Counted from the first letter of the stretch, positions 47,907-58,462 are shown. The stretch: DNA of 64,000 bases from an uncultured Variovorax sp. (GCA_964242015.1 CAXTCC010000001.1:4781-68780); one strand, 5' to 3'. The notes: generated by a model not told the origin, from the letters alone. Translations and numbers: made by a program.

Positions 47907-48635
47907 ATGTTTTTTCCGATCGCTCGCAGCTCCACTGCCGCCTTGTTGGTGACTGCCGCACTGGCCGCACCGCTGTGGCTGGCCGGCTGCACTGTCCCGC
48001 CGAAGGCGCCGCCCGCCACGGTCGACGTCCATACCGAAGCCAATGCACCGCCGCAAGGCGCCGCACCCGCGTCGCCGCCCACCGTGATGCCGGTCGAGGT
48101 GGAACCGACGCCTCCCGCCACCCAGCCGGCATCGATCTTCACGCTCATCACGCAAGGGCCGGTGGCGGCGATGCTGCAGTACAGCGAAAAGGTGCGAGGC
48201 ATGAGCGGCAACGAGTTGTCCGCCGAGCTTCAACGTATCGGCGACCCGGCCGACTCGCCCACCACGCAGATGCAGGTGGCCTTGGTGCTCGCGCAGACGC
48301 GCGTGCCCGCAGACCTGGCACGCGCTCTCGGCCTGTTGCAGCGGGTATCGACAAGCAACGCATCGGACGCGAAGCCCCTGCAGCCGCTCGCCCGAACCCT
48401 CGCGGCCCGCTACAACGAACAGCGCCGCGTCGAGGACGACCGCGATCGGCAGGTTGCGCAGCTGCGCGACGCCCAGCGCCGCATCGACCAGCTCAACGAT
48501 CGCATCGAAGCGCTGCGCGCCATCGAGCGCAGCTTTGCGCGGCCTGCGGCCAATGCGCCGACCGGCTCCGGCACGCCGGCTGGCGGTGCGGCACCCGCCG
48601 CCAATTCCGGCAACGGCGCCAAGCCCGCGCCCTGA
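47907..48635 (+). CDS. Lipoprotein, QseG/YfhG-like
   Basis: Lipobox LAGC, Pro-rich linker, C-terminal coiled coil ending IEALRAIERS; sits between the kinase and the regulator. Confidence 0.75.
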   Translation: MFFPIARSSTAALLVTAALAAPLWLAGCTVPPKAPPATVDVHTEANAPPQGAAPASPPTVMPVEVEPTPPATQPASIFTLITQGPVAAMLQYSEKVRGMSGNELSAELQRIGDPADSPTTQMQVALVLAQTRVPADLARALGLLQRVSTSNASDAKPLQPLARTLAARYNEQRRVEDDRDRQVAQLRDAQRRIDQLNDRIEALRAIERSFARPAANAPTGSGTPAGGAAPAANSGNGAKPAP

Positions 48636-48673
48636 CCGGTCGATCCCATCGACCGCTACTACCGACTGACACC

Positions 48674-50083
48674 ATGACCGAAGCGCCTCCCGCCAAGCCG
48701 ACCGGCGCCAAGCTGCTGGTGGTCGATGACGACCCGGACATGCTGCGCCTGCTGTCGATGCGACTGGCCTCGTCCAACTACCAGGTGACGGCCGTCACGT
48801 CCGCCGAATCGGCGCTGACGCAGCTCGAAATCGAGCACCCGCAACTGGTGTTGAGCGACGTGCGCCTGCCGGGCCGCGACGGCCTGGCCTTGTTCGACGA
48901 AATTCGCAAGCGCCATCCGACGTTGCCGGTGATCTTGTTGACCGCCCATGGGACCATCCCCGACGCCGTCGAGGCCACGGCGCGCGGTGTGTTCACTTAT
49001 CTGACAAAGCCCTACGACAGTCGCGAACTGCTGGAGAAGATTTCTCAGGCGCTCGCGCTGGGTTCCCCGGTCACGCCGACCAGCAAGGGCGGGGGCGACG
49101 AAAGCTGGCGTGCCGAAATCGTCAGCCGCAGCAATCGCATGTCCGAAGTGCTGGCCGAGGCCCGGATGATTGCCCAGTCGGACGCCAGCGTGCTGTTGCG
49201 CGGCGACAGCGGCGCCGGCAAGGAATTGCTGGCTCGCGCCATTCACCGGGCCAGCGCGCGCGCCTCCAAGCCTTTCGTCGCGGTCAATTGCGGCGCCATT
49301 CCCGAGGCGCTGCTGGAGAGCGAGTTGTTCGGCCACATGAAGGGCGCCTTTACCGACGCGGTGGCCAATCACAAAGGGCTCTTTCAACAGGCCGACGGCG
49401 GCACGCTGCTGCTCGACGAGATCGGCGACATGCCGCCTGCGTTGCAGGTCAAGCTGTTGCGCGTGCTGCAGGAGCGTGCGGTGCGTCCGCTGGGCGCCAG
49501 CCAGTCGATCGAAGTCGACGTGCGCATCATCTCTGCAACTCACCGCGACCTCGATGCGGCAATGGCTGCGCATCAGTTTCGGGAAGACCTGTATTACCGC
49601 TTGAATGTGGTGACGTTGACGCTGCCGCCGCTGAGCGCGCGCCGCGAAGACATCCCGCTGCTGGCGAATCATTTTCTCCAGCGCTTGTCGGTCAAGTACG
49701 GCAAGCGTCTTTCCGGCTTCGCACCGGAAGCGCTGAAAGCGCTGACGACGGCTTCGTGGCCAGGCAACGTGCGCCAGCTGTTCAACGTCGTTGAACAGGT
49801 CTGCGCGCTGTCGAGTTCGCCGCTGATTCCGCTGTCGCTGGTTCAGCGGGCGCTGCGCGTCCCGAGCGTCGAGGTCCAGACCTATGCCGAAGCAAAGCAG
49901 CGCTTCGAGCGCGACTATCTGGTCGGTTTGCTCAAGCTGACCGATGGCAACGTGGCCGATGCAGCCCGCTTGGCCGATCGAAATCGGACCGAGTTCTACC
50001 GATTGCTGCAAAAGCACGAGCTGACGCCGGGACACTTCAAGGCAGACGTGTCGCCAATGCCCGGCGACCCTGTCGCAAACTAG
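48674..50083 (+). CDS. Sigma54-dependent response regulator, GlrR/QseF-like
   Basis: Receiver [21 protein letters not shown]; AAA+ ESELFGH.KGAFTDA; C-terminal [20 protein letters not shown]. Confidence 0.92.
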   Translation: MTEAPPAKPTGAKLLVVDDDPDMLRLLSMRLASSNYQVTAVTSAESALTQLEIEHPQLVLSDVRLPGRDGLALFDEIRKRHPTLPVILLTAHGTIPDAVEATARGVFTYLTKPYDSRELLEKISQALALGSPVTPTSKGGGDESWRAEIVSRSNRMSEVLAEARMIAQSDASVLLRGDSGAGKELLARAIHRASARASKPFVAVNCGAIPEALLESELFGHMKGAFTDAVANHKGLFQQADGGTLLLDEIGDMPPALQVKLLRVLQERAVRPLGASQSIEVDVRIISATHRDLDAAMAAHQFREDLYYRLNVVTLTLPPLSARREDIPLLANHFLQRLSVKYGKRLSGFAPEALKALTTASWPGNVRQLFNVVEQVCALSSSPLIPLSLVQRALRVPSVEVQTYAEAKQRFERDYLVGLLKLTDGNVADAARLADRNRTEFYRLLQKHELTPGHFKADVSPMPGDPVAN

Positions 50084-50155
50084 CGACGTGGCTAAAGCGT
50101 TGATTTTGTTGGAAATTTTTTAGCAGGTCGGCTGGCCTGTCGGGATTCGGCGACA
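50071..50155. promoter_or_regulatory. Two GlrR-type enhancer sites flanking an IHF site
   Basis: TGTC-N10-GACG at 50071-50088; TGTC-N10-GACA at 50138-50155; AATCAACGCTTTA (WATCAAN4TTR) on the minus strand at 50093-50105. Confidence 0.75.
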
Positions 50156-50249
50156 AAAACAAGGGTTTTCGAGCATGCGGCAGGCTCGATCACCCGAAAA
50201 AGAGCCTCCAACTGCCGCAAGTCGTTGTTGCACAACGATTTTTCCAGCC

Positions 50250-50264
50250 TGGCACAGGGTTTGC
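50250..50264 (+). promoter_or_regulatory. Sigma54 -24/-12 promoter upstream of opgH
   Basis: TGGCAC-AGGGT-TTGC, with exact GG-N10-GC spacing. Confidence 0.85.
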
Positions 50265-50487
50265 CCCTGTAGAGGCATGACAGCACAAAACAGCCCCTCT
50301 TTCGCACTGCGCCTGCAGCGCGACGGCGTCCGTCAAAAACAGTTTTCCCTCTCGCGGCCCCGTGCCGCGAGCCAACAGCTCGGTGCTTTCAGCGCCGCCC
50401 ACGGTGTCGCCCCGGATTGCGTGTTCAAACGCTTTCCGGCTATTGGCGACATCGCTTCCCTCGACAAGCAACGCTCTTGAGGTCTCC

Positions 50488-52533
50488 ATGAAGCCGAACG
50501 AATTCTCCCAATTGCGCGTGCTGGCCGACAGCAACGTTTTGAATGCTGTCGATGTTGCCCAAGTGGCGGCGACGCAACGCAGCGACCTGCGCGAAGAGCG
50601 CCACCCCAACGCAGTGACCGCACCGCCGGTCAACCGCGGCTCCATGACGCCTCGCCCCTGGCGCGGTTTCTGGAACAGCCTCGGCACCGCTGCGCTGGTG
50701 AAGCTCGGCGCCGGTGGCGTGCGCAAGGCATCGAAAGAAGACAAGCAGGCCGAAGTGACGCAACCTTGGCAGCGTGCCGCCAAGCAACGTCGCCTGGCCT
50801 TCATGCTGCTGACGCTGATCAGCACCGTGATCGCTTCGACGTTGTTCGCCCGCATCCAGCCCGATTACGACAACGTCTGGCTCGAGTACGGCCAGATCGG
50901 TCTGTACGGCCTGTTGTCCGGGTGGGTCGTGACCGGTTTCGTGACTGCGCTCATGGGCTTCTACGTCTCGGTCAAGGGCGACAAGCATTCCTTGTCGGTC
51001 AAGCAGGTTGCGGGTCATTCGATGAACCCCGAAGCCCGCACGGCGATCATCATGCCGATTTGCAACGAAGACGTGTCGACGGTGTTCGCCGGCCTGCGCG
51101 CCACTTGCGAATCGGTTGCGGCCACCGGCCACGCCAAGCAGTTCGACGTGTTCGTGCTGTCGGACAGCTACACGCCTGAAACCGCTGCCGCCGAGCGCGC
51201 CGCCTGGGAAGACCTCCGCGCCGCTCTGGCTACCAGCCCGAACCAGCCGCAAGTCGAGGTCTATTACCGCCTGCGCACCCGCCGCACGCACCGCAAGGCC
51301 GGCAACGTCGCCGACTTCTGCCGTCGCTGGGGCAAGGACTACCGCTACATGGTGGTGCTCGACGCCGACTCCGTGATGAGCGGCGACTGCCTGACCTCGA
51401 TGGTCAAGCTGATGGAAGCCAACCCGACCGCCGGCATCATCCAGACCGCGACGCAGGCCATCGGCCACGTCACGCTCCATGCCCGCGCTCAACAATTCGC
51501 TTCCCGCGTGACGGGCCGCCTGTTCACGCTGGGCATGCAGTTCTGGCAACTGGGCGAATCGCATTACTGGGGCCACAACGCCATCATCCGCGTCGAGCCC
51601 TTCATGAAGCATTGCGCGCTGGCCCCGATCAAGGGCACCGGCGGCATGTCGGGCGGCATCATGTCGCACGACTTCGTCGAAGCTGCCTTGATGCGCCGTG
51701 CCGGCTACAACGTGTGGCTCGTCGCCGACCTGGTCGGTAGCTACGAACAGCAACCGCCGGACCTGCTGGCCGAACTGCAACGCGATCGCCGCTGGTGCCA
51801 GGGCAACCTGCAAAACGCCCGCCTGATGGCCGAGCCCGGCATCCATTCCGTGCACCGTGCGATGTTCGTGACCGGCACGATGGCCTATGCATCGGCTCCT
51901 CTGTGGCTCGCCTTCCTGACGCTCGGTACCGCCCTGTGGCTTTCGGGCTCCAGCCTGGTCGCCAGCTGGAACGTGCTGCCGACGGAACTCATCGGTCTGT
52001 GGCTCTGGACGCTGTGCTTGTTGTTCCTGCCGCGCATCCTGGGCATCGCCGCTGTGCTGATGCGCGGTGAGCAGCGCCAATACGGCGGCCTGTGGGGCCT
52101 GTTGAAGAGCACCGTGCTCGAAAGCGGCCTGGCCATCGTTCAGGCTCCAGTGCGCATGTTGGCCCACTCGCTGTTCGTGGTGGTCGCCCTCACCGGCATC
52201 AAGCTCGACTGGAAGTCGCCCCCGCGCGAAGCCAATGCCGTGCCCTGGAAGATCGCTGCTTCGCAACTCGCACCGATGTCGCTGGTGATCGCTGCCCTGG
52301 CAGTCGGCATCGCGATGATCGACCCGAGCGCTCTGATCTGGCTCATGCCCGTCGGCCTGCCGCTGCTGTTGGCGATCCCGCTGACCGTGCTGACCAGCCA
52401 GATCGCTCTCGGCACCTCGCTGCGTGAGCGTGGCTGGTTGCTGATCCCTGAAGAATCACGCTCGCCTGCCGTGCTGCGCCGCGCCTGGATGCATGCGGTG
52501 CGCCTGGCCCGCCCGGCGCTTGCCACGGTTTGA
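50488..52533 (+). CDS. opgH: Osmoregulated periplasmic glucan glucosyltransferase
   Basis: MPICNED, LSDS, RKAGNVADFCRRWG, LDADS.M, YWGHNAIIR, SHDFVEAA, RDRRWCQGNLQ; GAGG RBS. Confidence 0.96.
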   Translation: MKPNEFSQLRVLADSNVLNAVDVAQVAATQRSDLREERHPNAVTAPPVNRGSMTPRPWRGFWNSLGTAALVKLGAGGVRKASKEDKQAEVTQPWQRAAKQRRLAFMLLTLISTVIASTLFARIQPDYDNVWLEYGQIGLYGLLSGWVVTGFVTALMGFYVSVKGDKHSLSVKQVAGHSMNPEARTAIIMPICNEDVSTVFAGLRATCESVAATGHAKQFDVFVLSDSYTPETAAAERAAWEDLRAALATSPNQPQVEVYYRLRTRRTHRKAGNVADFCRRWGKDYRYMVVLDADSVMSGDCLTSMVKLMEANPTAGIIQTATQAIGHVTLHARAQQFASRVTGRLFTLGMQFWQLGESHYWGHNAIIRVEPFMKHCALAPIKGTGGMSGGIMSHDFVEAALMRRAGYNVWLVADLVGSYEQQPPDLLAELQRDRRWCQGNLQNARLMAEPGIHSVHRAMFVTGTMAYASAPLWLAFLTLGTALWLSGSSLVASWNVLPTELIGLWLWTLCLLFLPRILGIAAVLMRGEQRQYGGLWGLLKSTVLESGLAIVQAPVRMLAHSLFVVVALTGIKLDWKSPPREANAVPWKIAASQLAPMSLVIAALAVGIAMIDPSALIWLMPVGLPLLLAIPLTVLTSQIALGTSLRERGWLLIPEESRSPAVLRRAWMHAVRLARPALATV

Positions 52534-52565
52534 TCCAAGAAGCAGCGCGCTGACTGCGCGCTCGC

Positions 52566-52595
52566 AAAAAAGCCCGCTCGAAGCGGGCTTTTTTT
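52566..52595. terminator. Bidirectional rho-independent terminator between opgH and ffh
   Basis: AAAAAA-GCCCGCT-CGA-AGCGGGC-TTTTTTT between convergent genes. Confidence 0.93.
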
Positions 52596-52617
52596 CGTCT
52601 AGAGCGAGCGCCGAAAT

Positions 52618-54009
52618 TCAGAAGCGCGGCATGCCGCCACCGCCCGGTCCGCCCAGGCCTGGCATGCCTTTCATGCCGCCCATCTTCTTCATCATCTTCA
52701 TCAAGCCGCCGCCCTTCATCTTCTTCATCATGGTCTGCATCTGCTCGAACTCGTTGAGCAGGCGGTTCACTTCCTGAACCTGCACACCGGCGCCGGCAGC
52801 GATGCGTCGCTTGCGAGTCGCCTTGAGCAGTTCCGGCTTGCGGCGCTCCAGCGGCGTCATGCTGTTGATGATCCCTTCCTTGCGGCGGATGTCGCGCTCG
52901 GCGCGTGTCATGTCGGCCTCGGTCGCCTTGGCGGCCATCTGTTGCGGAAGCTTGTCCATGATGCTGGACAGCCCGCCCATCTGCTTCATCTGCTGCAACT
53001 GGCTCAAGAAGTCGTCGAGATCGAATCCGGCACCGCTCTTGACCTTGGCCGCCAGCTTCTGCGCTGCCGCGACGTCGACGCCGGCAGTCACTTGCTCGAC
53101 CAGCGCGACGATGTCGCCCATGCCGAGAATGCGGCCGGCGTAGCGCTCGGCGTCGAACACTTCGAGGCCGTCGATCTTCTCGCTGGTGCCGGCGAACTTG
53201 ATCGGCACGCCCGTGATCTGCCGCACCGACAGCGCCGCGCCACCGCGCGAATCGCCATCGGTCTTGGTCAGGATGATGCCGGTCAGCGGCAGCGCATCCT
53301 TGAAGGCCTTGGCGGTGTTGATCGCGTCCTGCCCCTGCATCGCATCGACGACGAACAGCGTTTCGATCGGGTTCAGTGCAGCGTGCAGCTCCTTGATTTC
53401 CGCCATCAACGCTTCGTCGATGGCCAGACGGCCGGCCGTGTCGACCAGCAACACGTCGAAGAAGTGCCGCTTGGCATGGTCGAGCGCAGCGCGTGCGATG
53501 TCGAGCGGCTTCTGGTCGGGCGTGCTTGGAAACCATTCGGCACCCGCCTGCTTCGTCACCGTCTTGAGCTGCTCGATGGCAGCCGGCCGGTAGACGTCGC
53601 CCGACACGGTCAGCACCTTCTTCCTGCGCTTTTCGATCAGGTGCTTGGCCAGCTTGGCCACCGTGGTGGTCTTGCCGGCGCCTTGCAGGCCGGCCATCAG
53701 GATCACGGCCGGGGGTTGCGCCACCAGATTGATGTCCGACACCCCTTCGCCGATGGTCGCAGTGAGTTCGCGGTTGACGATGCCGACCAGCGCCTGCCCC
53801 GGCTTGAGCGAGCCCAGCACCTCCTGGCCCATCGCTTTCTCTTTGACGCGGGCGACGAAGTCACGCACCACGGGCAACGCGACGTCGGCTTCGAGCAGTG
53901 CCATGCGCACCTCTCGCAGCATGTCCTGCACGTTGGCTTCGGTGATGCGGGCCTGCCCGCTCATCTGCTTGACGAGGCGGGAGAATTTTTCTGTGAGGGC
54001 GGTGGCCAT
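52618..54009 (-). CDS. ffh: Signal recognition particle protein
   Basis: ALLEADV, GLQGAGKTT, DTAGR, TKTDGDSRGG, RILGMGD, Met-rich M domain. Confidence 0.98.
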   Translation of the reverse strand: MATALTEKFSRLVKQMSGQARITEANVQDMLREVRMALLEADVALPVVRDFVARVKEKAMGQEVLGSLKPGQALVGIVNRELTATIGEGVSDINLVAQPPAVILMAGLQGAGKTTTVAKLAKHLIEKRRKKVLTVSGDVYRPAAIEQLKTVTKQAGAEWFPSTPDQKPLDIARAALDHAKRHFFDVLLVDTAGRLAIDEALMAEIKELHAALNPIETLFVVDAMQGQDAINTAKAFKDALPLTGIILTKTDGDSRGGAALSVRQITGVPIKFAGTSEKIDGLEVFDAERYAGRILGMGDIVALVEQVTAGVDVAAAQKLAAKVKSGAGFDLDDFLSQLQQMKQMGGLSSIMDKLPQQMAAKATEADMTRAERDIRRKEGIINSMTPLERRKPELLKATRKRRIAAGAGVQVQEVNRLLNEFEQMQTMMKKMKGGGLMKMMKKMGGMKGMPGLGGPGGGGMPRF

Positions 54010-54083
54010 GTAGGAGATACCTTGGAGATGCCTTGGAGGCCTTGCAGCGCGAGCCACTGCAGGGGCGCAGCTAAACTCAGCCG

Positions 54084-54881
54084 ATGATTTTAGCGAGCCC
54101 CTCCCCGCTCGGCGTGGCACTGGGCATCGCCGCTGCCGCAGCCTACGCCGTGACCGCCGCCGGTGCTTCGCGTCTCGGCCGGCAAGGGACGCGCTGGCTG
54201 CTCGGTCTCGCATGGTTGCTGCACGGGCTCACGCTGGCCTGGAGCCTGGTCGGCGGTGTCCCGCTGTTCGGCTTTGCGCCGGCCATCTCCGTCACCGCCT
54301 GGCTGGTGTTGACGGTCTACGCGATCGAAAGCCGCATGTACCCGCAACTCCCGGTGCGGCGGGTGCTGGCGGTGCTCGGGGCCGGCGCGGTCTTGCTGGC
54401 CGTGGTGTTCCCCGGCGTGCCGCTTCATGTGTCTGCTTCGCCATGGCTGCCGTTGCACCTGGCGCTCGGTATCGCCTCTTATGGATTGTTCGGCGCCGCC
54501 GTCGTGCATGCCTGGCTCATCAGCCGCGCAGAAAAGCAGATCCGGCTGGCGGCCGATGCGCAGGCCGGCGTGCCCCTGTTGACGCTGGAACGGCTGACCT
54601 TCCGCTTCGTCACCGCAGGCTTCGTGCTGCTTTCAGCAACCTTGCTGGCCGGCCTGCTCTTCAGCGAGACCCTGTACGGCCGCGCCTGGAAGTGGGACCA
54701 CAAGACGGTGTTCTCGATGCTGGCGTGGTTCTGTTTTGCCGTGCTGCTGATCGGGCGTGCGCGTTTCGGCTGGCGCGGCCGCAAGGCACGCAGGGTTCTC
54801 TATGCAGGCGCTGCCCTGCTGGTGCTGGCCTATGTCGGTTCGCGCTTCGTGCTCGAAGTGGTGCTGGGGCGCGCGCCGTGA
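54084..54881 (+). CDS. Inner membrane protein YpjD / cytochrome c assembly (CcsA) family
   Basis: Multiple TMs, PLLTLE, HKTVFS, GWRG, LAYVGSRFV.E; divergent from ffh. Confidence 0.9.
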   Translation: MILASPSPLGVALGIAAAAAYAVTAAGASRLGRQGTRWLLGLAWLLHGLTLAWSLVGGVPLFGFAPAISVTAWLVLTVYAIESRMYPQLPVRRVLAVLGAGAVLLAVVFPGVPLHVSASPWLPLHLALGIASYGLFGAAVVHAWLISRAEKQIRLAADAQAGVPLLTLERLTFRFVTAGFVLLSATLLAGLLFSETLYGRAWKWDHKTVFSMLAWFCFAVLLIGRARFGWRGRKARRVLYAGAALLVLAYVGSRFVLEVVLGRAP

Positions 54882-55135
54882 AGTACCTGCTGGTTTTCAT
54901 CGTGCTCTTCATCGCCATCTGGCTCTTTCGCAAAGGCCAGCGCGAAGAAGAGCGTGAGGCCGCGCGCAAGGCGCGACCGGTACCGCCGCAAGCGCCGCCG
55001 GTCGTCGGTGCGCCGCAAGCCATGCTGCGCTGCGCGCAGTGCGGACTGCATCTGCCGGCCACGGACGCCATCGCCGGACCTGACGGCGTCTACTGCAGCG
55101 TCGCGCACCGACGGGCCGCCGAAAGCGCGAGTTGA
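54878..55135 (+). CDS. PP0621 family small protein
   Basis: GTG start overlapping the upstream stop; TM, then M.RCAQCG.H.P...YCS.AH. Confidence 0.85.
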   Translation: MKYLLVFIVLFIAIWLFRKGQREEEREAARKARPVPPQAPPVVGAPQAMLRCAQCGLHLPATDAIAGPDGVYCSVAHRRAAESAS

Positions 55136-56832
55136 GCGACATGGCGCCGCTCCTCTGGTCTCGGGGCGAACCGGGAACGGATTGGGGCGGCCTCGAAATC
55201 GCCACGAGAGAAAGCTCTGCGCTGCTGCGACTCTGGCGCGGCTTCATGACTGCGCGCTACTTTGTCGCAGCCGTGCTGCTGGTGCTGCAGGTCGTCACGC
55301 TGACGATCGGCCAGCCGGTGCATCGCGCCGCCATCGCGGTATCGATCGCATACCTCGTTGCCACGCTGCTGGGCTCACGGTACGCCCGCTTTCAGCCGCC
55401 GATTCGCGGCATGGGGCCGACCTGGTTCGCGACCGTCGGCATCGACCTCGCAACCTTCACGCTGCTCCAGTTGCTTCAGGTCGGCAGCATCAACTACACG
55501 CCGCTGTTTGCGCTGCCGGTGTTGATGGGTGCCGTGCTCGGCACGGTGTCGGTCGGCCTCGGAACCACTGCGGCGGTCACCTTGCTGCTGCTGGCCGACG
55601 CGGCCTGGAACTGGCTGCAGCAACCGGCCGATTCGTCGACCCGCTTCGTGCAGGCGGCGCTCACCGGCACCGGCTTGTTCGTGGTGGCCTTGCTGGCGCA
55701 CGAACTCTCGCGCCGGCTGGCGCGCGAAGAGGCACTGGCGGTGCGCAACCGCAGCTCGGCGCAAATGCACGCACAGGTCAACGATCTGGTGATCGAAACG
55801 CTGACCGAAGGCGTGTTGGTGATCGACAGTTTCGGCCGCGTGCATGCGGCCAATCCGGCCGCCGACGAAATCCTGGGCCAAGGGCTGGCCGGCATGGCGC
55901 TCCCCTTTCCGCTCGACACCCATCCGGCCTGGCAGCCGCTGGCGGCACTGGCGGCACAGACCTTCCTGCGACGCGCTCCGCAGTCGCATGAGGTGCCGGT
56001 GGCACAGGCGCAAGGCACGCCGCGCGAGGTGCGTGTGCGCACGCGCCTGACGCCGCCCAGCGAGCGCGGCTTCGACAGCCTGTGCGTGATGTTCCTGCAA
56101 GACCTGCGCGAACTCGAAGCCCGCATCCGCACCGAAAAGCTGGCCGCGATGGGCCGCATGTCGGCCGCTGTCGCACACGAAATCCGCAACCCGCTGGCCG
56201 CCATCACGCAGGCCAGCGGACTGCTGGCGGAAGACCTGGTCGACCCTGCCCACCGCAAGCTGACCGGCATGGTGCAGCACAACGCGCAGCGGCTGGCCCG
56301 AATCGTCGACGACGTACTCGACGTGGCGCGGGCGCGCCAGCAACGCATCGAACCGCTCGACGACATGGTCGAGCTCGACAGCACGGTGCGCATGCTCACC
56401 GAAGAGTGGGTGCGGCAGTCGCAGCGCAATGGCGTGCTGGTGATGCTGGCGACCGGCGGCCGCGACGTGCGCTTCGATGTCGAGCACCTCCGCCGCATTC
56501 TGGTCAACCTGCTCGACAACGCTGCACGCTATGCCGGCGAGCGCGACGGCTCGATCCAGGTCAGCACGCTGGCCGACGACCGCGACCGGGCCCATCTGCA
56601 GGTGTGGAGCGACGGTGCCCCGCTCGAAACCGCAGTACAGCGCCATCTGTTCGAACCGTTCTTTTCATCGGAGAGCCGCTCCAGCGGACTCGGGCTGTTC
56701 ATTTGCCGCGAGTTGTGCGAGCGGCACGGCGCGACCATCGGCTACGAGCGTCGCGCGCTCGCTGCGAACGGGCCGGAAGGCAACGATTTCTTCGTTTCGT
56801 TTGCAACTGCGGAAACCCGGCTGACACAATAG
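55132..56832 (+). CDS. pilS: PilS-like sensor histidine kinase
   Basis: Multi-TM N-terminus, PAS, KLAAMGRMSAAVAHEIRNPL, FEPFF, GLGL; start could be ATG 55141. Confidence 0.85.
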   Translation: MSDMAPLLWSRGEPGTDWGGLEIATRESSALLRLWRGFMTARYFVAAVLLVLQVVTLTIGQPVHRAAIAVSIAYLVATLLGSRYARFQPPIRGMGPTWFATVGIDLATFTLLQLLQVGSINYTPLFALPVLMGAVLGTVSVGLGTTAAVTLLLLADAAWNWLQQPADSSTRFVQAALTGTGLFVVALLAHELSRRLAREEALAVRNRSSAQMHAQVNDLVIETLTEGVLVIDSFGRVHAANPAADEILGQGLAGMALPFPLDTHPAWQPLAALAAQTFLRRAPQSHEVPVAQAQGTPREVRVRTRLTPPSERGFDSLCVMFLQDLRELEARIRTEKLAAMGRMSAAVAHEIRNPLAAITQASGLLAEDLVDPAHRKLTGMVQHNAQRLARIVDDVLDVARARQQRIEPLDDMVELDSTVRMLTEEWVRQSQRNGVLVMLATGGRDVRFDVEHLRRILVNLLDNAARYAGERDGSIQVSTLADDRDRAHLQVWSDGAPLETAVQRHLFEPFFSSESRSSGLGLFICRELCERHGATIGYERRALAANGPEGNDFFVSFATAETRLTQ

Positions 56833-56836
56833 GCGT

Positions 56837-58462
56837 GTGAGCAACCCCACCCCATCGTCGACAGCGTCTGCACCGCATGCGCAGAGCGCGCAACCCGCAC
56901 ATATCCTCGTCGTCGACGACGAACCCGACCTGCGGACACTCTACGAACTGACGTTGCTGCGCGAAGGCTACAAGGTCGATGCGGCCGGCAGCGTGGCCGA
57001 GGCGATGCAGCATCTGGCGGCCGAGCGCTTCGACGCGGTGATCACCGACATGCGATTGCCCGACGGGCTCGGCATGGAAATACTGCAGCACATCCAGAAC
57101 GACCAGCGCAGCGAACGGTGCGTCGTCATGACGGCTTACGGCTCCGCCGAAAACGCCGTCGAGGCCTTGAAAGCCGGCGCCTTCGACTACCTCACCAAGC
57201 CAGTCGACCTGAAGCAGTTTCGCGCCGTCGTGGCGTCTGCGGTGCAGCAACATGCATCGCCCGTCAAGGTCGTGCGAACAGCGGCCAGCGTGGACTCCGG
57301 CACCGGCAAATCGGCAGTGGTAGCTGCCAGCGGACTGGCTGCGCTGGCCCGCCTGGTCGGCGATTCGGAGCCGATGCGCGTCGTCAAGTCGCGCATCGCC
57401 AAGGTGGCGCGCGGCATGGCGCCGGTGCTGGTGCGTGGCGAGTCGGGCACCGGCAAGGAACTGGTCGCGCGCGCGGTGCATGCCTGCAGCCAGCGCAGCG
57501 ACGGGCCGTTTGTCGCGGTCAATTGCGGCGCCATTCCAGAGAACCTGCTCGAGGCGGAATTCTTCGGTGCGCGCAAGGGCTCGTACACCGGCTCGTCGCA
57601 AGACCGCGACGGCTACTTCCAGGCGGCACGTGGCGGCACCTTGTTTCTGGACGAGATCGGCGACCTGCCGATCGCCATGCAGTCGAAGTTGCTGCGCGCC
57701 ATCCAGGAGCGCAACGTGCGACCGATCGGCTCGACGCAAGAAGACGCGGTCGACGTACGCATCGTCAGCGCGACCCACAAAGACCTGCATGCCGAGGTGA
57801 TGGCGAGCCGGTTTCGGCAAGACCTGTTCTATCGGCTCAACGTGATCGAGATCGCAGTGCCGGCGCTGCGCGACCGGCGCGAGGATCTGCCCGCGCTTTG
57901 CACTGCGCTGCTGGAACGCATCGCGCTCGAAGCCGGCATGCCGGTGCCGGTGCTGTCGACCGATGTGCTGCGCCGGCTCGCATTGCATCCGTTGAACGGC
58001 AATGTGCGCGAGCTTGAAAATCTGCTGCATCGCGCCGTTGCCTTGAACGATGGCGATGAGCTGCATCTGGACTTGATGGGGTCTGACTCGGGGCTTGCGA
58101 GCCTGGCCGCCAGCGTCGGCGCCGCAGGGTCGACCGCAACCGTGGCCAATGCACCCGCGCCGACCAGCGCTGCAGAGAAGCTCGATCTGCACGATGCAGC
58201 CGTCGGTTCGAACAGCATCAGCGTCGCGCCGCACGACTCAGCAAGGCCCGCGCCCCCCGCCGTGCCCTCCGACTTGCAAACCTACCTGGACCAGCAGGAG
58301 CGCGAGATCCTTGTGCGCGCGCTGCATGAAAGCGGCTTCAACCGGACGGCGGCGGCGGCACGACTCGGCCTGAGCTTGCGGCAGATTCGCTACCGCATCG
58401 CACGGCTCGGCATCGCAACGCCGAACGGCGACGATGGGCATGGCGTCGCCATCGATGAGTGA
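56837..58462 (+). CDS. pilR: PilR-like sigma54-dependent response regulator
   Basis: VVDDEPDL, TAYGSAENAVEALKAGAFDYLTKPVDL, GESGTGKE, KGSYTG, FNRTAAA.RLG.S.RQIRYR. Confidence 0.88.
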   Translation: MSNPTPSSTASAPHAQSAQPAHILVVDDEPDLRTLYELTLLREGYKVDAAGSVAEAMQHLAAERFDAVITDMRLPDGLGMEILQHIQNDQRSERCVVMTAYGSAENAVEALKAGAFDYLTKPVDLKQFRAVVASAVQQHASPVKVVRTAASVDSGTGKSAVVAASGLAALARLVGDSEPMRVVKSRIAKVARGMAPVLVRGESGTGKELVARAVHACSQRSDGPFVAVNCGAIPENLLEAEFFGARKGSYTGSSQDRDGYFQAARGGTLFLDEIGDLPIAMQSKLLRAIQERNVRPIGSTQEDAVDVRIVSATHKDLHAEVMASRFRQDLFYRLNVIEIAVPALRDRREDLPALCTALLERIALEAGMPVPVLSTDVLRRLALHPLNGNVRELENLLHRAVALNDGDELHLDLMGSDSGLASLAASVGAAGSTATVANAPAPTSAAEKLDLHDAAVGSNSISVAPHDSARPAPPAVPSDLQTYLDQQEREILVRALHESGFNRTAAAARLGLSLRQIRYRIARLGIATPNGDDGHGVAIDE

